A stretch of 64,000 bases of DNA from the human T2T-CHM13v2.0 reference genome, Homo sapiens, in NCBI RefSeq assembly GCF_009914755.1, contig NC_060933.1; one strand, given 5' to 3'. Shown piece by piece: positions 1 through 13,200 of the stretch. Position 1 is the first letter of the stretch, and each line of letters begins with the position of its first letter. The notes beneath the pieces are model-generated. The model was given only the letters and a program-made list of their open reading frames with translations. It was not told the DNA's origin and made no database searches. The translations under genes and the position numbers were made by a program.

Positions 1-168
<168 letters not shown>

Positions 169-319
169 GTCCATCTAATAGAGAAACAGAAGTCTGGCAT
201 TTATATTCAGAGACTGCCCAAACCAGGTCTAATATCACTATATTCACTTTGGAATGAAAGTTCTCTCCAGTCCCAGCAGATCAATAAAGATATTTGGTTG
301 ACGGTTTCAATCCTATATA

Positions 320-795
320 TTGGGGTCTCCAGTTCTTGCGCCTTCTTTCTGTGTCATCTTGACTGAAAATCACAGAGTGCTTTGATCACTCTGTGACCCA
401 GTGAGCTACAGGTTTTTCCTGAAGGCTTGAATCCAAACAAGGCCTTGACAATTCATTCCCAGGCACTGATAAAAGTATCTAGGTTGTTGCACAAACATCA
501 TCCCAGACTCAGCCAAACTCCTTAAACCTTCATATAAACTCCCTACCCTGACCCCCTCACCAGGGACATAACTAGGTAGAGCACCCCTTTTCTCTTTCAG
601 TCCTTTGTGAGCATTGCTACAGCACTCGGTAAGTTTCCCTAACAAAAGCTTAGGACTGATCCCCCTGGCATTTAGTGCCTCTTGCTTTGGAATCTCAACG
701 GGCTCCATCTGGGCATGGTTTGGGGCAATCCCGTGTGGAAATCCCTGCCGCCACTTTTGGAGTTACTCCAGCCACGTGTTCAGCCAGACGAAACA
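320..795 (+). mobile_element. Solo LTR, probably ERV1 class (family uncertain)
   Basis: GC-richer ~475-bp block with TG...CA ends, TATA-like CATATAAACTCC (~531) and a U5-like end (TTCAGCCAGACGAAACA). Confidence 0.55.
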
Positions 796-1279
796 GTTTA
801 ATTATTAATTTAGATTCGATGCAAAAATAAAAAAGCAGAAGAAGCAGCCCATATAGTGGAATAGTTCTACAGGCTTGAAACAATTAGAGCCATATACATT
901 AAACACTGAAAGTTCAGTCTGTATCTTTCAATGGGTTCCTTATAAGACTTTGATGTTAGATGGTGGCCATGGATGTCTCTGCATATTATATCAGAGGAAA
1001 CTATTTGAAAAGATAGAACAATGACTAAGGGCCTAAATTGTTATATAAATCTGATGATACTCATGTGTTTATTTCTTTTTAGTCTTAATTGCTTCCAAAG
1101 CATTTTGATTGCAATGCAAATATTACTTTTATAATGTATTTTTTTCCAGTAGGAGCATTGACTTGTCCAACCTACCATTTCATCCAGAAGCACAATTTTA
1201 CAAAATTTACATATCCATAGTGATTGTCTCTTTTATGCTATCTTTACTCGTGACACCCTACTTTTATTACCTTAAAAAA

Positions 1280-1925
1280 AAGACAATTTTAGAGCAGTTT
1301 TCAGATTATAGAAAATTGAAAAGTACAAAGCTTCTTCATACCTGTTTTGCTCCCTACAGTTTCCCTCACTATTATATCACTCTTAAAAGTGATATAATAA
1401 TAGTGCAATCATGTATTTTATTTGTTACAGTAGAAGAATCAATACTGTTACATTATTAACTAAATTATATGGTATGCATTCATATTTTCCCTTTGTGTAG
1501 TAAATTCTATGGATTTTGACAAATGCATAATGCCATGTATCCACCATTACAGGGTACAGAATAATTTCATTATCCTAAACATTTCATGTGTTCCACCTGC
1601 CTATCCTTCCTTTTTTCCCCCACAAAACCCTGGCAATAACTCATCTTTAGTTTGATTCTCTCCAGTTTTGCCTTTTTCAGATTGCTACGTATTTGGAATC
1701 ACATTGGATTAGCATGTACCCTGTTGAAATTGACTTCTTTCAGTTAGCAAAATGCATTTAAGTTTCTTTCATGTCTTTTCATTGTTGATAGCCCATTTCT
1801 TTATAAAGGTGAATTTTTTTTTGTATAGATACACCACAGGTTGTTTATCCACTTAGTCATTGATGTGCATTTGGTGATTTTCAGTTTTTGGCAATTACGA
1901 GTAAAGCTCCTATAAACATTTGTTG
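1280..1925 (-). mobile_element. L1MC/L1MD 3' end
   Basis: Typical antisense L1M 3'UTR motifs: TTTTAGAGCAGTTTT..., GGATTTTGACAAATGCATAATG..., GTTTATCCACTT. Confidence 0.75.
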
Positions 1926-2019
1926 GAAGGATAAATTAAAAAAAAACTCCATGAGTAGGCATTTCATATTCAAAGTGTAGAAAGTTAAATACAAAGAAAA
2001 TGTTGAAAGAAGGCAGTGA

Positions 2020-4120
2020 AAGTATTTCCAATTCCTTTCTTCTACTTCTTATAATATTGCTGTAATTCATTTCACTTATAGATAAGTTATAAAAAATATA
2101 TTATTAATATTATTTTGAACAAACTTATCTATTAGATAAATTAATAACAAAAAATTTATTTTACTTTCATATATTTTTTAACACTCTTCATTTCTTTATG
2201 TAGACAGGAGTTTCTAACCTATATCATTTTTCTTTCCTCAGGGGAACCTCTTTCAGCAAACCTCTTTCTTTGCTGAAAGCAAAATCCCTCAAGTTTTCTT
2301 TTTTTGAGAAGTGTTTATTTTTCTTTCACTTTTGAAGGATAATTTCACTAGATATAAAATTCTAGGTTGATGGTGAATATTTCACTCCATTCTTTTCTTG
2401 CCTACCTAGTTTCTTAGGAGAAATTCATTATAACTCTTACCCTTCTTCCACTGTACATAAGGTGTTTCTTTTCATTGCCCGCTTTCAACATTTTGTCTTT
2501 GATTTTATACATTTTGAATATTATATACCTAGTTGCAGATTTTTTTTTTTTTTTTGGATTTTATCCTGCTTTGGGTTCTTAAATGTCCTCTATATGTGGT
2601 TTGTCATCTGACATATATTTTAGGAAATTCTCAGCCATTATAACTTGAAATAGGTTTTCTTTTCCTCTTACTTCTCCTTTTGTAATTTTCATTGTGCTTA
2701 CATTATACATATTATTTCCCACAGTTCTTTATAAACTGGGCTTTTTTAAAAAAATGATTTTTTTCTTCTTTGTTTCTGAGTTGAGAAATTACTATTGACA
2801 TATCTTCACGCTCACTGATTCCTCCTTGGCTCTGCCCAGTCTACTTATAAAACCACTGAAGACATTCTTTATTTTTATTACAGCTTTTGAAAAAACAATT
2901 CTAGCTTTCCTCTTTGACTCTTTCTTAGAATTTTCCTCTTTCTGCATACATTACATACCTCCTTTCACATGTTGTCCACTTTTTTTCATTAGAGCCCTTT
3001 GCAGTTTAATCACAGACATTTTAAATTCCTATTCTGACAATTTCAATCTCTGACATATATGTGTCCAGTTCTGTTGCTTGCTTTGTTTCCACAGACTGTG
3101 TTTCTGCTTCTTTACATCTTGTAATTTTCATTGAAAGCTAGGTATGACGTAGCAGGTGAAAAATAAAAATTGAGGTAAATAGGTCCTTAGTGTGAGGTTT
3201 TTATGTTTATCTGGAGAGATATTAGGCTGTGTTTATTGTGGTTAGTGTTTTCTGTAGCTGTAGGCATCAGAGGATGATTTTTTTCTAGCGTCCTCGTTTC
3301 TGCCTTTTGTGTGATCTTTAGTTCCCTAGAGACTCATTGTTAAATAGAAACTAAACTTTGCAGTTATTTCAGCTGTAATTTTGTTATTATACAAAAGCCC
3401 TATTGATGTGGTGGTAAGCTGTGGGAGAGGTGAAAAGTTGTAATTGTATAGCTAAATCTTAATCTTTCATTAAGACTTTATCTTTTGGGCTGTGATCTTC
3501 GCAAGTGCTATTCAGTTCTCCCTCCCCACTGCCAACACTTAGTTGAGAAAGGCTTGACAATAGGGCTGAAGTCAATTTTCCCCTTGACCCATGTTGATAA
3601 TTTGGGTATTTCTCTTTTTCCAGGTCAGATAAACCCTGGTAAAATGGTCTCTTTTGATGGCAATATTTATTTTTAAGGAGAACGGAATGAACTGGCTATA
3701 TTTTAAAAGGTTACTTTTCCTTTTCTCAGAGTCTGGAGGGGATTTTTCTCTCATTGTCAACCTGAGAAACTGGTGAGTTTCTTGGAAGGAAAATTCACAA
3801 AAGTGTGTGACCTCCCTAAGCCAGAGTCCCTAAAAGTTTTTATCTTTCTAGAGCTTTCTAGGGCTTTCTCTTTCTAGGGCTCAGTCTTCAGCACTTAGTG
3901 ATTACCCTCTAAGTGTTTCTACCAGTTGTTGGCTCCAGCAGTGGCTTCTGCTTGAGTTAAACTGTGTTTCTCTGTATTCTCCTGTCTATCCAGTTTTGGT
4001 GGTAGTGATTTGTCCTGAGACCTCAATTCCCTGATTGAGCTAAGAAAAGTTGTTCATTTTTAGTTTCTTTGGCTTATTGGTTGTGAGAAAGGAAACTTAT
4101 CAAACTGGAACTGAAAGTCT
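2020..4120 (-). mobile_element. Old L1M ORF1/5' region
   Basis: T-rich antisense ORF1 motifs: TTTGAAGGATAATTTCACTAGATATAAAATTCTAGGTTG, GGAAATTCTCAGCCATTAT. Confidence 0.7.
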
Positions 4121-5559
4121 AATTACCTTTGGAATGTAAATTACTCAAATTATTCATCAAGCCCATTGGTAAAAATAAAAGTAAGTGCTCCACTTCTAAG
4201 CTTGGTTTTAGTCTGTACCTGTACACTACAACTCTGATCATCTAATGGCCCTCTTCACATCTCTCTCTCTCTCTCCTCTCACTGGAGTGCAAAGAGATGT
4301 CTGGATCTCTTAAACACCAAACAGCCATATCTACAACGAACTTTTCATCCTCTGCTCTTGCTCTCTTGAGACCACTCACCATTATTGTGTACAAATGGGG
4401 CTCCCTTAAGCAATGGTAATCCTCCTCAGGGTTCCAAAGCCTCCCTCCTTTCGTTTTTCCCCCTAGTGTTTCTGTTTCTTGTACTAGATTTTGGCTTAAA
4501 TAAGTTGGTATATTCCTGCCTTATTTTTGTTGTTCCAGTTGTTTTCTTTCTTTTTTTTCTACTCTTACGGGAATAGAAAAAAAAATATGGACTTTCTCCT
4601 ATAACTTTGATTTGAATGGGACATCTCATAACATTGACTTTTTCCCCATCCTAAAGTTTGTAAAGACCGTGATTTTTCAACTATGGAGGAATAATAAGAT
4701 GGACTCATACTGAAGTGTGCTAAATAATTTTAAAACCCAATTTCAGAAAAGGATGTTTATTTTCTGCTTGAAATTGAAAAAAAAAGATTTTAAATGGCAG
4801 TTAAGGTCAATGGTTACATTTTTGTTCTAGCATATATCAACCTTCCTCCTACAGAATTAAACTCATTAATCTTACAGCAGAAAAGACAAAAGAAAAAATT
4901 ACAGAGTATAAAAATAAAATTTATTTCAAAAAATATTGTCTATATATATACTCAGTGAGTATTTCTATTATATAGCACTTTTCCACAAATTTTCCTTTCA
5001 GTTTCTTTTCAAATTTTTCTTATCTTATGAATGAATAAAGTTATAAAGCCTCAAATATTTCAAAAATAAAGTCATTATATTTCTGGTGTTGGAAATGAGA
5101 GCTTATTTAGACTCAACAGGTATGAAAATAAAATGAAATGAACTAGGCTTTAACTTCAAGTTTTAGCATTCTACTCTAGGCTATATTTTAAGAGATGTGG
5201 AAAATGTTCTTTTAAAAATGAATAACACTAAGCCGATGCAATCAATGGCAACAATAACACATAATTGGCTGATCTTCAAAGTGGAAAAACTTTTGATTGC
5301 ATATATGCAAGATCAGTTGTAGCAAATCCATATGCCTGCAAACCAAGCAACAATTTCAAAAAATGTGTTGTCTCATTTCAAAATGAATGAGATGTGGCTA
5401 AGTGCTACATCAATGTAAAAGTTTGTAGCAGAAGTAAGTTTTGGCAGACTGCTTCTGGAGGCAATGGTAGAAAAACCAGTGTTATGAGAAGGTGTGATAG
5501 AGCTTTGACAAGTCAAGAAGTAAGTGAAGGATTTTGAAAGAAAGGGATAATATACCTGA

Positions 5560-7400
5560 GATCTGAAGAGCAACAGAGAGTTAACTTCAAAAGCAGAAAC
5601 TGGATGTGTGTGCCAGTCAGAAGAAACATGGGTACAGTTCCAATGCCAGGCACACATAACAAGGTGATGGAAACAGACAGCTAAATTGAAGCAGAGGGTA
5701 TCAGGGAGCATAAATGAGACCAACAAGCCCAATTATAAAAGGCTTTTGAAGTTTTGTCTATTTTATTAAAAGCAAAGAATGGCAATTAAAGAATGTAAGT
5801 ATCAAAGATTATTGGAGGCAAATGAAAGTATTTTGATCAAAATCGTACATCTAAAGGATAACTCTGCAAGTCATGTTGAGACAAGGCATAAAGAGAAAAG
5901 AATAGATAAAGGTAGAGTCATTAGGCAATTATTGTAGTATTTAGATAAGAGGGAAGAGTAGCTTTGACTAAGATGGAATGAAAAGATGAAGAAAAGTAAC
6001 TCAAGAGATATACAGGAAGTGAAATATATAGTAATGATTATTTTAATCATCAAGATTCTGTGGCATATCAAAAAATTTCAAAATCCTTCTGGCTTGCCAC
6101 AGCAAACATGTATTTTCATGATCATAGGTCTGCAAGTTAACTGCCATTTATGTAGTTTAGACTCGACCTGTCTGAAATTTACTGGACTCTAGGCTACTAC
6201 TGATTGGGTTGAGGCTTGCTCTATGTGCCTTCATTCTGAGGCTTAGGATAGAGTGTGCCACTGTTTCAGACATGCTGTTTTTAAGGTGGTTCACCAGAGT
6301 ACAAAAGGGCAAGCTAAACCACATACAGGGTGTTGGCAACTATGAACAAAACACTGTAAATAACATGGGAAATGTTGTGGATATATAATTGTATTACAGA
6401 TGAATGTAGAATTTGAACCATTATTCAGTCTACCAAAGTGTTGCATATAGCACAGTGATTATGGTTGAATCAGGAGTCCAGAATGATATCTATCTTTGTA
6501 GAACTTATATGCATCATTAGATGAATGATAGTGCCATTGATTAATATAGAAAGCAATGAAAAGAAGCTAATCATGTAAGTGGAGTGAAATAACACAGCTT
6601 TGATGTGTCAAATTTTAGTTGCCGTTTTAATATCTAGAAGAAGAACTCAAGTAGATAATTAAATATAAGCCTCAAGCTCAGTGAAGAGATAGATGTGGGG
6701 GATAAAAATCTGGATATCTTTGGATAAATGGTAATTTCCATTCATATATGAACATTTCCCAGGGATACCACAACATGAGCAAAGGGTAGAACACAGGACA
6801 TATACTGAAAAACTAAACTATTTTGTAATTGGATAGAGAAAAAAACACATCTAACCAGAGCACAAATAATTTGTTAAAGAGGGAAGAGAAAAAGTGGGAG
6901 ATTATTTGTTATATAAACCAAGGAACAGAGAGTTTCATATTTGAGACTGTATCAAGATTAGGAATAAAATATCCCCATTGAATTTAGTTACATGGTTTAT
7001 TGCTGACCTGGAATGAACAATCCTGGCAAGTAATAGGGCTTGGAATTAGCATTATAGTAGTTTTAGACTGACTGAGGTGTGGAGAAGTAAGGCCAACATT
7101 TTGGATATTTTTTAGAAGTTTCACTTAAAAAGAAATAAAATGAGGTAGTTGCTTGAAGTATAAGAGGATAGTAGAAAATATTTTTTAAGTCTTTTATTTT
7201 TGTGTCAAAGTACAGAGAGTTAAGTGTACTTAAATGCAATGAAAAAGATCCATTTCAGAAAAAGTAAATATCCATTTCAGAAAGAAGGCTTGGGAGAGTA
7301 ACCTCCATGCAGGAGGGTATATGTTCCAAGCCACATAATATGATTTAGCCTTTGATAAGATAAGTGGAAAAAGAGGAAAGCTAAGGTAGGCAGTAGATGA
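5560..7400 (-). mobile_element. L2 fragments, interrupted by an MLT1 LTR
   Basis: Purine-rich degenerate L2 antisense motifs, e.g. GAAGAGATAGATGTGGGGGATAAAAATCTGG, TTTTAGAAGTTTCAC. Confidence 0.55.
6040..6437 (-). mobile_element. MLT1 (MLT1H/I/J-like) MaLR LTR
   Basis: CAAACATGTATTTT...GGTCTGCAAGTT, GGCAAGCTAAACCACA, ends TTCAGTCTACCA. Confidence 0.55.
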
Positions 7401-7539
7401 GACAGAAAAATAAGGTCATAAAGGGATCTTCAATTTAAAGAAAAGGGACAAGATAAACAATTTAGAGTGACAATGAAGAAAATGTAGTCTTTAATAGATG
7501 GCGATGAACTTGGTGGATCATACAATATATGTTGATTAT

Positions 7540-7655
7540 CAAAAGATAATTTTTTTTCTCACAGGCAACATGGATGTAGAAAGTCCAAGGAAATCTATAA
7601 GATAACTTGTTAAAACTAATAATTGAACCAGAAAGGTTGTGAGTTACCAGGCCAT
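7540..7655 (+). mobile_element. Old L1 ORF2 fragment
   Basis: CACAGGCAACATGG...GTAGAAAGTCCAAGGAAATCTA...AAACTAATAA resembles the L1 RT region. Confidence 0.5.
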
Positions 7656-8054
7656 TTTTTTTCTCATGCTTTTAAAGCCACCCTAGTAGCATGTTACACA
7701 ATCTCCTAGGGTTCTTTCAGAAAATTAATTCTTGTATTCTAGAAGATACTCACAAATTGATAACCTCTAATTTATCCAACCTCCTATTCATGACCCCTTG
7801 ATCAAGTACACTTGAAAATATATCCCATACATTCTCTTCTGGCTTCTGTTCCTGTGCACTAGATGGGTCATGTTAAATTTTTGGGTTATAGTTTCTTTCA
7901 TTTCTTATCAGACTCTCCTTTTATTTAGATAGAACATGTTGTACTTTAACCCCATTTATTGGAGTTCAGGCAAGGAATAGAATTGAGGTCTATTCTGAGG
8001 GTCTCACATGTTGTCTTAGGAGAGGTCTCTGCATCTCATTCAACCAAAATGTAG

Positions 8055-8441
<387 letters not shown>

Positions 8442-9487
8442 GAATATAGACTTTCAAGTCTTCTCAGTGCATTAGCACAAATTTCTCCTTTCGTGGGTCA
8501 AGTTCTCATTCTTTCCCAACCAGGAGCCTGACTTTAGCATGCCAGACTTACCTGACATATGAGACTTACCTCCTTGGGAGCTCAGACAATCTGATAGTTT
8601 ATTCCAGGCTCTGGGCTTCAGTTTACTCTGTTCTCCCTTGATAGGGGTAAGAATCTGTCTGTATGCAACCAGGACAACTCTCTCGATTTTGAACTTAAAT
8701 TTACTTGCCAATTAATTGCTCTCAACATTTTTTTCTCTGTCCAGAGCATCAAGAGTGCTTAAAAATAGCTACCCAAATCCATTGTCCTAATAGTTCTTAT
8801 GTTCTCCATATTTCTCAAATGCTGTATACTTTGCCCCAATTAATATATCACCTTCCACCAGTATACTATACCAATTCATCAAAAGTGAAAATTTTAACAA
8901 TTGTACATCTATCTTGTACTAAGAACTCTCTGTATTCTACCAATAAGAATTGTCAGTGAGGGACCGTTATTGCCAGCCTGGCAGTGAGTAACCCAGCCAC
9001 AAAACATCACCCCATTATCTACTTTCTTAATTCATTTATGGCATCAATTGTAATAGGCTGAGTTTCTTGGGAACCAGACACTGTACAAGAGGTTCACTTT
9101 CGTAAGGCTTATTAGGTCATACCCTAGTAATTTAGCAAAAGACAGTAGCAGAATATTTTCCAGTCATTTCTGTCTTCACTGCTAAACTAAATTTGGAAAA
9201 AAAAATCCACTGACGCCTAGTTTTTGTTTGCCAAACTTTCATCTCATGTAATTTGAATAGATGATTTTGGATAATAAAGTCAAAGTGTGAAGTGCTAAAT
9301 AGTCCTTAATCACTCTGTTAGATTTCCACTTTTACCCCTTTCATCCACACGCATCTGACACAGTACACAAACACCACTTATTATACAGGTTTAAAATAAA
9401 TGTCTAAAAACCTAACTCATAATCTATCATCAAATTCAAGCATTTGATTATGACAGACAGCAATCAATAGTTTAACATGACAATGTC

Positions 9488-9791
<304 letters not shown>

Positions 9792-10179
9792 TGACAATGT
9801 CATATTTTAAGAAGCCAAAGTCTTGACTTAACAAAGGATGTTACTGGTTTATAACTATAATTTAGTATTGATTTTCCAATAACTTATTTTTCAACATTTT
9901 TTATTTCCTAACCAGGACCAAACAAAAAAATCGCTCAATACTCAACAAATGGTTAAATAATCCATAATTATCATATAGTTGAAGATTCAAGTATTAAAAT
10001 TTAATTATTCCTTAAGACATCCTACTATGTGCTCCAACTTTCATGTTAACTTTAAACGGATTATTGCAAAATCAAAATTAATCTTAGATAATGTAATTAC
10101 TACCCTCTCCTGGTATAAAAATAATCGTTTATTCTGATGTTCCTTAGTAAGTAAATAATAGAGTAGAATTTTTATTTGA

Positions 10180-10520
10180 TTACTTTATTAAATTATTTAA
10201 CTATATTTCTTAAGCACTTACATGCCAACACTAGGGGAAAAAAATGAACAGTAAGGCAGGCATTAGCCCTCACAAATACTACAAAGTTTCAGAATTACTA
10301 TTAAAGAAAGGACATAATTACAGTAAATCATTATTGGTTAAAACAGAAAGTTCGTGTTGTCATAGGAATATAATAAAATAAAATGTATTATGATTTGAGA
10401 TTTAGGCAGGCCTCATTAAAGAAGATAAAAGATTAGAAGGAGTAGCTACAATGCAGAGGAAGGAATGAGGGAGGGAGATAGAATCTCCTGGTAAATAGAT
10501 CATGCAAAGAAGTCTAAATT
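10180..10520 (-). mobile_element. L2 3' fragment
   Basis: TAAGCACTTACATGCCAACACTAGGGG...AATGAACAG...GCCCTCAC, an antisense L2 3'-end pattern. Confidence 0.5.
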
Positions 10521-12149
10521 GCAGAGAGGATTGCCTCCTCCAAAGTCACAGAAACTACAGCTGGAACATGGATTTCAGCTCAGGTACACAAACACCAAAC
10601 TCGCTTTTCTATCCACACACTTTATGTTTTTGTTATATAATTGTTTCCCAGATTATGTTTATTCCTGTTATTCATCTTTCTCACTGAAGTCTGGAATTTT
10701 TGTCCACAGAATAAAGAGACAAAAAGGTTATAAGAGCTTCATGTCTAATGATTTCCTTGTAAAAATCTGCTGCTGCTTGTGCCTAGTGCTCTCTTTTGGG
10801 CTTCTTTGTTTCAATTGACATGCTCTGAGAGGCACTTCATAACCTGAAAAACTGTAGGCACCTACTCCATAAACAGTAATTAATAAAGCATATGAAATTA
10901 GTTTAAGGAAAAATAAAATGTGGAAACAAATTTTAAATGTGAGATGATATACCGAAGCTCAAGTTGCTTACAAATCCAACCAGTCATGTAAATATCTGAC
11001 CTTTTATTTATAATCTCTGAGTTGGGAATAGGAAACCTCCTGGAGCTTTTGGGAGTGGCCAGCTACATGATTCATGTGACCCATACCCTCATCTCTCTAA
11101 CATATTGAATATTCTCTCACTTGGGGTGTATCTTCAACTGTATGTCCTCTTCCCTCCATTAACATACTCAATCATTTTCTTAGAGCATCCCTCAGTCAAA
11201 AAGTACCCATAGAGGTATTAAATTACTATGTTCTCTCTCCCCTTTCCCTATCACCCTCCTTCTTAAGGTCTCTGTAACACCTCTTTTCTGACAACACAGG
11301 TACAAATTAACGTTTTCTCTTCCTCTAGGATACAGGTCAATGAATATCCTCAATTGTCAAAGGTTACACAAGATTGAGTGAATGTGTGTATTTGATTAAT
11401 TCCTATTTTTCTTTGTTAAATCTATATATTACTTTGTTTAAATTTTAAGTAAATTTTCAGGACCCAACTGCTAAATATGATCAATGTAAAGGGATTCTAA
11501 GATCATTGTAACATCATGCACATGAGTACAGTGACATTATGTATACCAACTTCAAAATTTTGTTCATAGAAAAGGCTTGAGTGATCTGCTCATATAATTA
11601 TACTCACAGGAAAATAAATTCCTTTTAAAGTGTCATGAATAAAAGAAAATGTTCTTTGAGGAATGTTTCACTCTTAAAATTGTAGCTAAAGAAAAGAAAT
11701 CAGAGGTGATTGTCTGTGACTATGATTTTAAATACATCAAGTATTTTTGCTGGCAAATTTCGTAAGTTGAGGGTTATAATGGGTACGACGGCAAAATTTA
11801 GATCCCTAATGCACTCTCGAAATGTTCAGAATGATTCATTTCAGTACTTTAGTTTACTCTTTATACCTGAAGAATTCATGTAAGTTTAAAGTTTTTTTGT
11901 CTTGAATATGTTTTCTCTGTATTTTTATTGATTTAGATTACTTATATTTTCATCATTTTTTGATTGTTCAAAAGCCATTTCTTTTCTAAAAGCAAACCTT
12001 GAAAGCTTCAGATTTAAGGACATATAAAAGAAACTTCTGCTCTTTAATTATGTAAAAATTTTTCATTGTTGCCACCCTCAAATCTAATAAAACTACTTGC
12101 ACCATAGCCATGATTTTCAAAAATATTTGTCACTTTTATTCTTTTTCTT

Positions 12150-13200
12150 TCTCAGCTTCTGAGTAGTGTTTGATCACTTTTTTAAAAAACTCTCTTTTCT
12201 TCTGTTTGATGACTCCAATCTGCCTAAGCTCGCTTTTTAATAATTCTGTGGATATCCCTTCATCTCTTTTCCCTGTGAAGGCTGATGTTACCCCAGAGGT
12301 CTGTTCTTGACCCTTATATCCTCTCTGTAATCTGTCTTTGAAATTTTTAAAATTCTCATGGATTGAACTTCAATTAATCTGCTGGGAATACTTAATTCTG
12401 TATGTCTAAAATCCTAACATTTATTTCAAATGTCCCACTAGATATGTAAAATTCAGCTTGTTTGAAGTACAGTGTGTATGATTCTCTTACCAAATTTATT
12501 CCTTCTCCTATATTATATATCCAAGATAATCACATCATTATCCACCTTATTATGGTTACATTGGTTATATATCCCTTTCCCACAACAGTCACATCAATGC
12601 ATGCATTGTGTTGTTTCTATTTTCTAAAACTCTTCCAAACTATATATTCTTAAACGGTCAATTCTCTAATCTAAGCTCTTGCCATTTTTTTACTTGGTTC
12701 TATGATTTCAATATTTGTCCCCTCCAAAACTCATGTTGGAATTCAGTTTCCATTATGGCAGTGTTAGGAGTTAGGATTTGGTTAGGTGATGGGGTGAACC
12801 CTCATGGGTGGGATTAATGCTGTTATAAAAGGGCAGGATTGGCCCCTTGTTACGTCTTTGTCAGTCCGTCTTTTGCCGTGTGATAATGAATCATTCTTCT
12901 CTTCAGAAGAACACGACGTTCAAGGCAATATCTTGGAATCAGAATCACCAAACCTGCCAGTGCCTTGATATTAGACTTCCCAGCCTCCAGATCTGTGAGC
13001 CAGTACATTTGTGTTCATTATAAATTACTCAGTCTCAGATATTCTGTTATAGGAGCACCACACAAACTAAGACACTTGTGTACTTGCAAAGACCTTCTAA
13101 TTATCACCCTTCTTTTTCTTCTACTGATTCTCCACACTATCTTTAGAGAGATGCTTCTAAAATTAAAATTTGATGTATTCCTTTTATATTACTAATATGT
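12150..13200 (+). mobile_element. L2 fragment split by the MST LTR
   Basis: Pyrimidine-rich L2-like sequence that reads continuously across the LTR insertion point. Confidence 0.5.
12698..13074 (+). mobile_element. MST (MSTB/C-like) MaLR solo LTR
   Basis: TTTGTCCCCTCCAAAACTCATGTTG...GACTTCCCAGCCTCCAG...AAACTAAGACA; near-TSD CTTGG/CTTGT. Confidence 0.85.

Noticed and set aside
7248-7283. 14-bp direct repeat ATCCATTTCAGAAA (similar micro-duplications near 3845, 23620, 27690 and 54213)
   Set aside because: Common slippage duplications with no tail or element between the copies
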